Positions 58,401-64,000 of a stretch of 64,000 nucleotides of DNA are shown piece after piece. The first letter of the stretch is position 1. Each line of letters starts with the position of its first letter. This DNA is from Trichoplax sp. H2 (taxonomy: Eukaryota). A program made the translations under genes and the position numbers. The stretch spans positions 434,001 through 498,000 of the forward strand of contig NOWV01000023.1 in assembly GCA_003344405.1 (NCBI GenBank), written 5' to 3'. The notes beneath the pieces are model-generated. The model was not told the origin of the DNA and made no database searches. It saw only the letters and a program-made list of their open reading frames with translations.

Positions 58401-61400
58401 TCAATTAGAATAACAAATACCACAATAGGTTGTACCTACAATGACGTAACTTAAAATTAGACTACAAATTATATTTGAGACAGATTGATTGAAAGAAAAG
58501 CGAATAACTAGTTTACCGATCTCGACGCAGTTTGAGGGCTAAATATAGAGTACGAAAATTATTATAAAATTGATATCTATTAATGGTATATAATGACTCT
58601 TCAGGTATAAGTTGTGCTTATTACAAGTCCTGTAAATTTTCTTTTACTATCTGTGACATACATACAAAATAATGAATTTTGATGTAAAATTGATATAGAA
58701 TATTATTGTACGGGTACGTATGTTAATAACAAATTTGAAATTAATTCTTGGTTATGTTGATTTACTACATTTACTGGATAACTTGGAAGATTTTCAACGA
58801 TGCTTATAGCTCAAGTTGTTTTAGAAATCGGAAGGGCTTTTTAGCAATTGATTCACCGTTTTATTTAGTTTTAAAAGTTTAGTTTTCTTTGCCAGGTAAT
58901 GGAGAGGGAAAGAAAGCCATATCATAGATGTAGAATAGCGATAGTACGAGTAGGAATGGGTCAATGTATGTAAATTAACTTTGTAAATATCTGCTGGTAA
59001 TACATTACTTTATGATTTTTCCCGAATAATTCTTTTCCGATACAAATTCATGCGTTGCAATATCATAAAAAATACTAATTTAACTCCGGATACCACTAAT
59101 TCATGTTCGACTGAAAGCAGGGATTGTTTTAAAAAAATTAAGCCATTGCGTAGCGTATTACCTTAACTCCGTTAACCAGTACAGCAGTTCTTATATTAAA
59201 TTAATAGATTCATATTATGAAAATGCAACTACAATGGGGCCGTAATGTTAGCTTGCCAAAATATGATAAGTTTAAAGCATTATCTATGCTGGTCTATGTA
59301 TGGTAGTTATTTTTTGGTTTCATGTGAACTACCACGAGCATAGTGCTCAACTGGTCTTGATAAACTACAGACCGTCAATACTACTTAGTCGTTTTTGGTC
59401 AGTTCATGCTTAATAACTATCGATAATGCGATCAAGTAATTTACTAATATGCAGAAATATTACACATTGAGGGATAGGGATACAGAATAATGGCCTCGCA
59501 ATAGTGCACGACGACAACAATTGACAACGCGGTGATTATTAGTCATGGCTAATTAATTAGGAATCAGTTATAAATATTATCGCCTACTTGCCAATTTAAT
59601 AGCTTTTATTAAACCTCTCTCTTTACTGATAGTAAATTAATAGAGAAAAATGCGTAGTCTATCTTAGAATACAATGGAGTATAGGGTAGTAATTAGCCAA
59701 GTAGCATACTGGGCATTGCTATCGCCTGCTTTGTATGAATCATCTGTCACGTAGTCTACTGAAGACTGTCTTCTACTGTACCGGTATATAACACTGCAGT
59801 CTTATATGACTTTACACGAATTTTTAAATCTTTTTTACTGCATTTCAACAAGATTACACTAAGTTGAGGACTCGAGAAGCCTTTAATCGTGCAACAAGAT
59901 CACTTTTTAGCTACCCCCGGGCGGGTAGTGTCTTTGGTCGTTTTATTTGAAGCTTGGCCTACACGGGTTCATTAAGGCTTTTATCAAAATAAATCATTAC
60001 GGTCGTGTAGCGCAGCTCCTAAAATAACTTAAAAACAAAGTTTGTAATAGTGTACGATAATAGTTCAAGTTGTAAGCCAGATTTCGAGATTATCCAAATT
60101 TCTTATCATAAATGAATATTTACGTATATTATCGCCATTTTACTGCAATTCTTATATTTCATAATATAAACTGTAGATCTAGGATACTAAGTTTGATTGA
60201 TAATAGAGATTTCTTGGCAATTTGGCGGATGAACTAATTCATACATTTAAAGTAAAAGTTGATAAAAAATTTCGAAATTTTAATTATACTATTTCAAGAC
60301 ACTTTATCACAAATTGTTGAATGGGATACTCATAGATTGTACTTCTGCCGAAGAAACTATATTTTCACTTCATTATCACTTTGCCAATATACAGGACTGA
60401 GGATTGAAACGATGAATGACTTTGATAAAATACATATAGTGAAGAGCTTTCTGCTTATCCATTATTTAGAATACTTGATTACAAGAATCATTTAGATGAT
60501 TCAAGCTATAGAAATATAACCTAGAAAGATTTTATTTGATATTGCAGCATCTTGGGAGGAATCCCAATTTCATTTCCATTTGGTTAGTGAAATTTAGGAA
60601 TGAAGGACGTGACTGTTTTCGATAACCTGGATGTTTCAATGTTTAAATCTAGCCTTACGATGATCTTCATGACTAAGTATTCGGGCTAACTACCATGAAG
60701 CTAATTATTCACCTAAAAGAACTAGATTATTATTACAAGATTTGCAAAAAGACTATTAAAGCTGTTTTCAAGTTCAGTTTTAACCATTGTCAATTTCTTA
60801 CACACTAAATGTTTACAACAATCTTACTCTGAATATTATCATTTACTAACATAACTTAGCCTGATGTTGGAAATTGGCGACAAATAGCTGAACCAGACAC
60901 GCTAAAAACATATTTTGTCACTTAATGCCGTCGATACCACTAGACCGTAAAAAAATTAACCTGTCATGAATTTTGACGTCTGACTTAATAGGATACTTAC
61001 AGCTGTAGAAACATATATAGACGATGCAATTATTCGGATATTATTGATAAAAAAAGACAAAAAGTCGTGTTAGATTGTGTCAAACGGTGCCCGGTATCAA
61101 TAGTACTGTAAATCATATGCGAACGATCATCTGCTTCGGGTTGGGCAAATATTTTGATCGAGCAGAAGAGGTAGACATTGTATAATTGTACAAGGGCATT
61201 CAGGCATTATAAGTAGGCGATAATACTATATCTACCGTATGCTTTCTTTTGACAACTTCTTGTGAAGAATAAAAACATAATTTACATTACGTGGTACTGA
61301 GTTTTAAAATCGACAAACATGACATCGTGCTAAGGAAAATGTCTAGTCATCTATGATTACTGACAGTAACAACTAAATTTCCAATTCCGAATCGATTATC

Positions 61401-62758
61401 GAGTTTTAATTATCAGTGGAAGGCCCAATTTCATAATTAATCGACGTTCACACTTTGTGATAGTTCATATACTGGTATAGCGAGTGTAATTGCTTGCTTG
61501 CTCGTATACATTAATGGACATAGATTCGCTAACGGTAGAGTATCGAACTAATATAAAGTAGAAAGCGATGAGAATTCATATCAGCAGGTTACTACAAAAT
61601 TGATTTACTTAGCGACTTGAGATGAAATTAGTGTCTCTACGGAGCAAAGATCGATACTTCGTGCTTTTTCTAAGCCATCCTAAGAAATAAGAGCCTGCGA
61701 TTATAAAGATAGTTATAATAATGATAATAGAAAATATCTACTTTAAAGGAGAAAGGCAATGATTCAATACTGTTGAATATTTACAGTACAATTTTTTCAG
61801 TAATTACAACTGAGCTCAGCAAATCGGTAAAATGATTTCTACAGATATCTCCATGTAGTGTATTATTGATGATCCTATTGCTAAATAATTCTAGCGTCAA
61901 TAATATCATTGGAATAGTGGGTAGCATTTCTAGCAGTATAGTGTTAAGCGGTATCTCCTACTCCAGTACTGTAATGATTTTAAAGATGTTTTGTAGGCTT
62001 GCCGCTGTTTACTTTTCTAACCAAGTAGTTGTATTTCATCATTTGACAGTTGTTTTTTTGAGGGAATAGCTAACCTTTATTCATTTCATGATATTCGTAT
62101 TATTTCTCTCGTTCATTGATACATAGCTTTTAATGGATGGCCAACGTCTTTACTACCATCTACTTCTAACCAAATGTTCGGACAAACAAGTTTACCCACT
62201 GGCGGTATTCTTCCACGTCAGGACAAAGGCGATACCCATATTCGAAAAAAGAAGAGAAGAATCTTATTTACTAAAAATCAGACAGATCAGTTAGAAAAAC
62301 GATTTAGACAGCAGAAATATCTATCGGCACCTGAACGGGAACACTTAGCAAATATGATAAAGTTGACTCCAACTCAAGTTAAAATTTGGTTTCAGGTATT
62401 AGTTAATCAAGCATTGATTGATATATATTAATGTTGCATGTTTATTCTTATTAAGTCTAAACTTGGTATAGCAACAACTAGGATCCATATTAGTTCACTG
62501 CGGTAATAAATGCTTATTTTAACCGGGTCTTTCATTTATCTTTTAATAATATAGAATCATCGTTACAAATGTAAGCGACAAAAGAAAGCTAGCCATAATG
62601 GAACCCTTGCTAATGGATACGACGATTGCAATGATGGTTGTATTAGTAATTTATCGTCACCTCAATCACCTAAACGTGTGGCTATTCCATTAATTGTTCA
62701 CAATGGAGAGACGTTTTTAACATCTAAAAGTGATGGCACTCCTCATCATTCCTACTGA
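55405..62758 (+). CDS. NK2: NK2-class homeobox protein (second of tandem pair) with NK2-specific domain, 3 exons, about 243 aa
   Basis: Exons 55405-55663, 62127-62395, 62555-62758, phases consistent across a 6.46-kb first intron. Degenerate eh1 SSFNVCGLL; homeodomain [61 protein letters not shown]2-[17 protein letters not shown]. The linkage of exon 1 is inferred from phase and eh1; an alternative ATG lies at 55426. Confidence 0.9.
56768..56838. repeat. Tandem duplication, about 2 x 39 bp, in the first intron of the second NK2 gene
   Basis: TATTTTT.ATTTGGACTTCATGAA(C)AAGTACAG starts at 56768 and 56807. Confidence 0.85.
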
Positions 62759-64000
62759 TCTTAGAACATATTCATTTCAGGTTGATTATTTTAGTTAAAA
62801 TTACTGCTACTTTATCGTAAGTTTAAAAGATGTCTATTAGCAAATATTGCAAGTAATGCAGCTTAATTGAAAGTTGAAAACAATTATACTGTAATAATGA
62901 TGTTACTGTACTAATTTAATGATCAGCTAAATAATATGAGTAACTGTTCAAGAGAAATCTGAAGTTGATTTTGTTTGGTAGGTGTTTATATACAGAATGA
63001 TTAACACTATTTAGGGACGATGTTAGTTATCTTTTAGCCACTGTTACCTGTTAATTTATCTGCTCAAAATCGTAGTGGCTAATTTGTGACGAAGAAAGTA
63101 TCTTTAATTTCTAATCTTAAAGTTTTGATTTATCTGATTATGATATAATTGTCATCTATGTGAGATCAATTGATCGGTAAGCAATGTCAGTGACACTTTT
63201 GCAGAGTGCATTAATTTCGGCAAACCTCTTATCTTTATTGGTAACTTTATCCTCGATATCGTCTTTTAATTTACTGAGACTGATTTAAAATTTGCAAATT
63301 CATGATCCAAAAGAAACGGGTGCAATCGTAATTCTATCCGAAATTTCGCGTTTATTTACTAATTTAACTATGATTTGATTTTAATAAGAAAAAATTCTCA
63401 ATTTATCTGCAATGATTTTGAACACGGGGCATTATGTTCGAGTTTAACTGTGTTCTTTAATATAATTAGATCAGTAGAATAATGGTCTGTATGCTGATTA
63501 ATACTGCTTATTATTTAAAATTAATAAAAATGATGGAATCGACTACTCGATATAGTATTTCTAGCAATTTTAAATACTTAAAATGAGAACAGTATGATGA
63601 AATATATATTTAATTTTACGTATAATGAGTATTAGAGTGTAAGTGAGATATGTAAAATAGGTTATTATCCAAGTACATCTTTTTACAGGTAGTCAGTGTT
63701 GTATATATTTATTATATAATTGACTGAAACTGCTATAAGCCTAAGGAATTACTGAAAATACACAGAAGGGCTCAGAAGAGCTTGATGGTGTTCTACTGTA
63801 TTTCGTTATCCATGATTGGCAAAGTTGTTTTCTACATGGGTTCACGTACAGAAGTAAGGTATAGCATGCAGTATTTGAAGGAAATAGTTAAATTATATGT
63901 CGTTCTTTCTTAAAGTTTTATCCATTTATATTTCATTAAGAAAGCATAGGCCCAATGTTGTCATCTGCGATAATAATAACAACCTTATATGCCAAGATCT

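Noticed and set aside
59911..60020. GC-rich hairpin CTACCC-CCGGGC-GGGTAG and tRNA-like start GGTCGTGTAGCGCAG
   Set aside because: No T-arm/B-box (GTTCRA) or cloverleaf follows; the stem is only 6 bp.
41500..62758. Assignment of either homeobox gene as tinman/NK4 (Nkx2-5)
   Set aside because: WFQNHRY and EREHLA are NK2.1/NK2.2-type; NK4 proteins have WFQNRRY, although YKCKRQ is shared.

Overview
AT-rich, intron-rich eukaryotic genomic DNA from an animal. The compact introns, divergent GABA-B-like receptor and tandem NK2 pair suggest a placozoan such as Trichoplax; that assignment is inference. Six plus-strand multi-exon genes could be reconstructed by hand with consistent GT-AG junctions and phases: esterase D / S-formylglutathione hydrolase (3981-9880), a GABA-B-like class C GPCR (11567-25445), an ankyrin-only ANKS1/Caskin-like gene (29384-33024), a divergent actin (37083-38451) and two tandem NK2 homeobox genes (41500-42565 and 55405-62758). 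The most interesting signals are: (1) an actin promoter carrying two perfect CArG boxes plus NK2, MEF2/TATA, Fox and CCAAT motifs, with the actin gene lying directly upstream of the NK2 pair; (2) the two NK2 homeodomains being reciprocal NK2.1/NK2.2 mosaics with a shared WFQ|N intron; (3) a GABA-B-like receptor combining a GABAB2-type 7TM with partly GABAB1-type ligand residues and no coiled-coil tail; (4) unannotated candidate exons (Ly6-like near 27.6 kb, PH-like on the minus strand near 53.7 kb); (5) clustered TACTGTACAGTA palindromes including a long hairpin. No prokaryotic systems, CRISPR arrays, tRNA/rRNA genes or intact transposons were seen.
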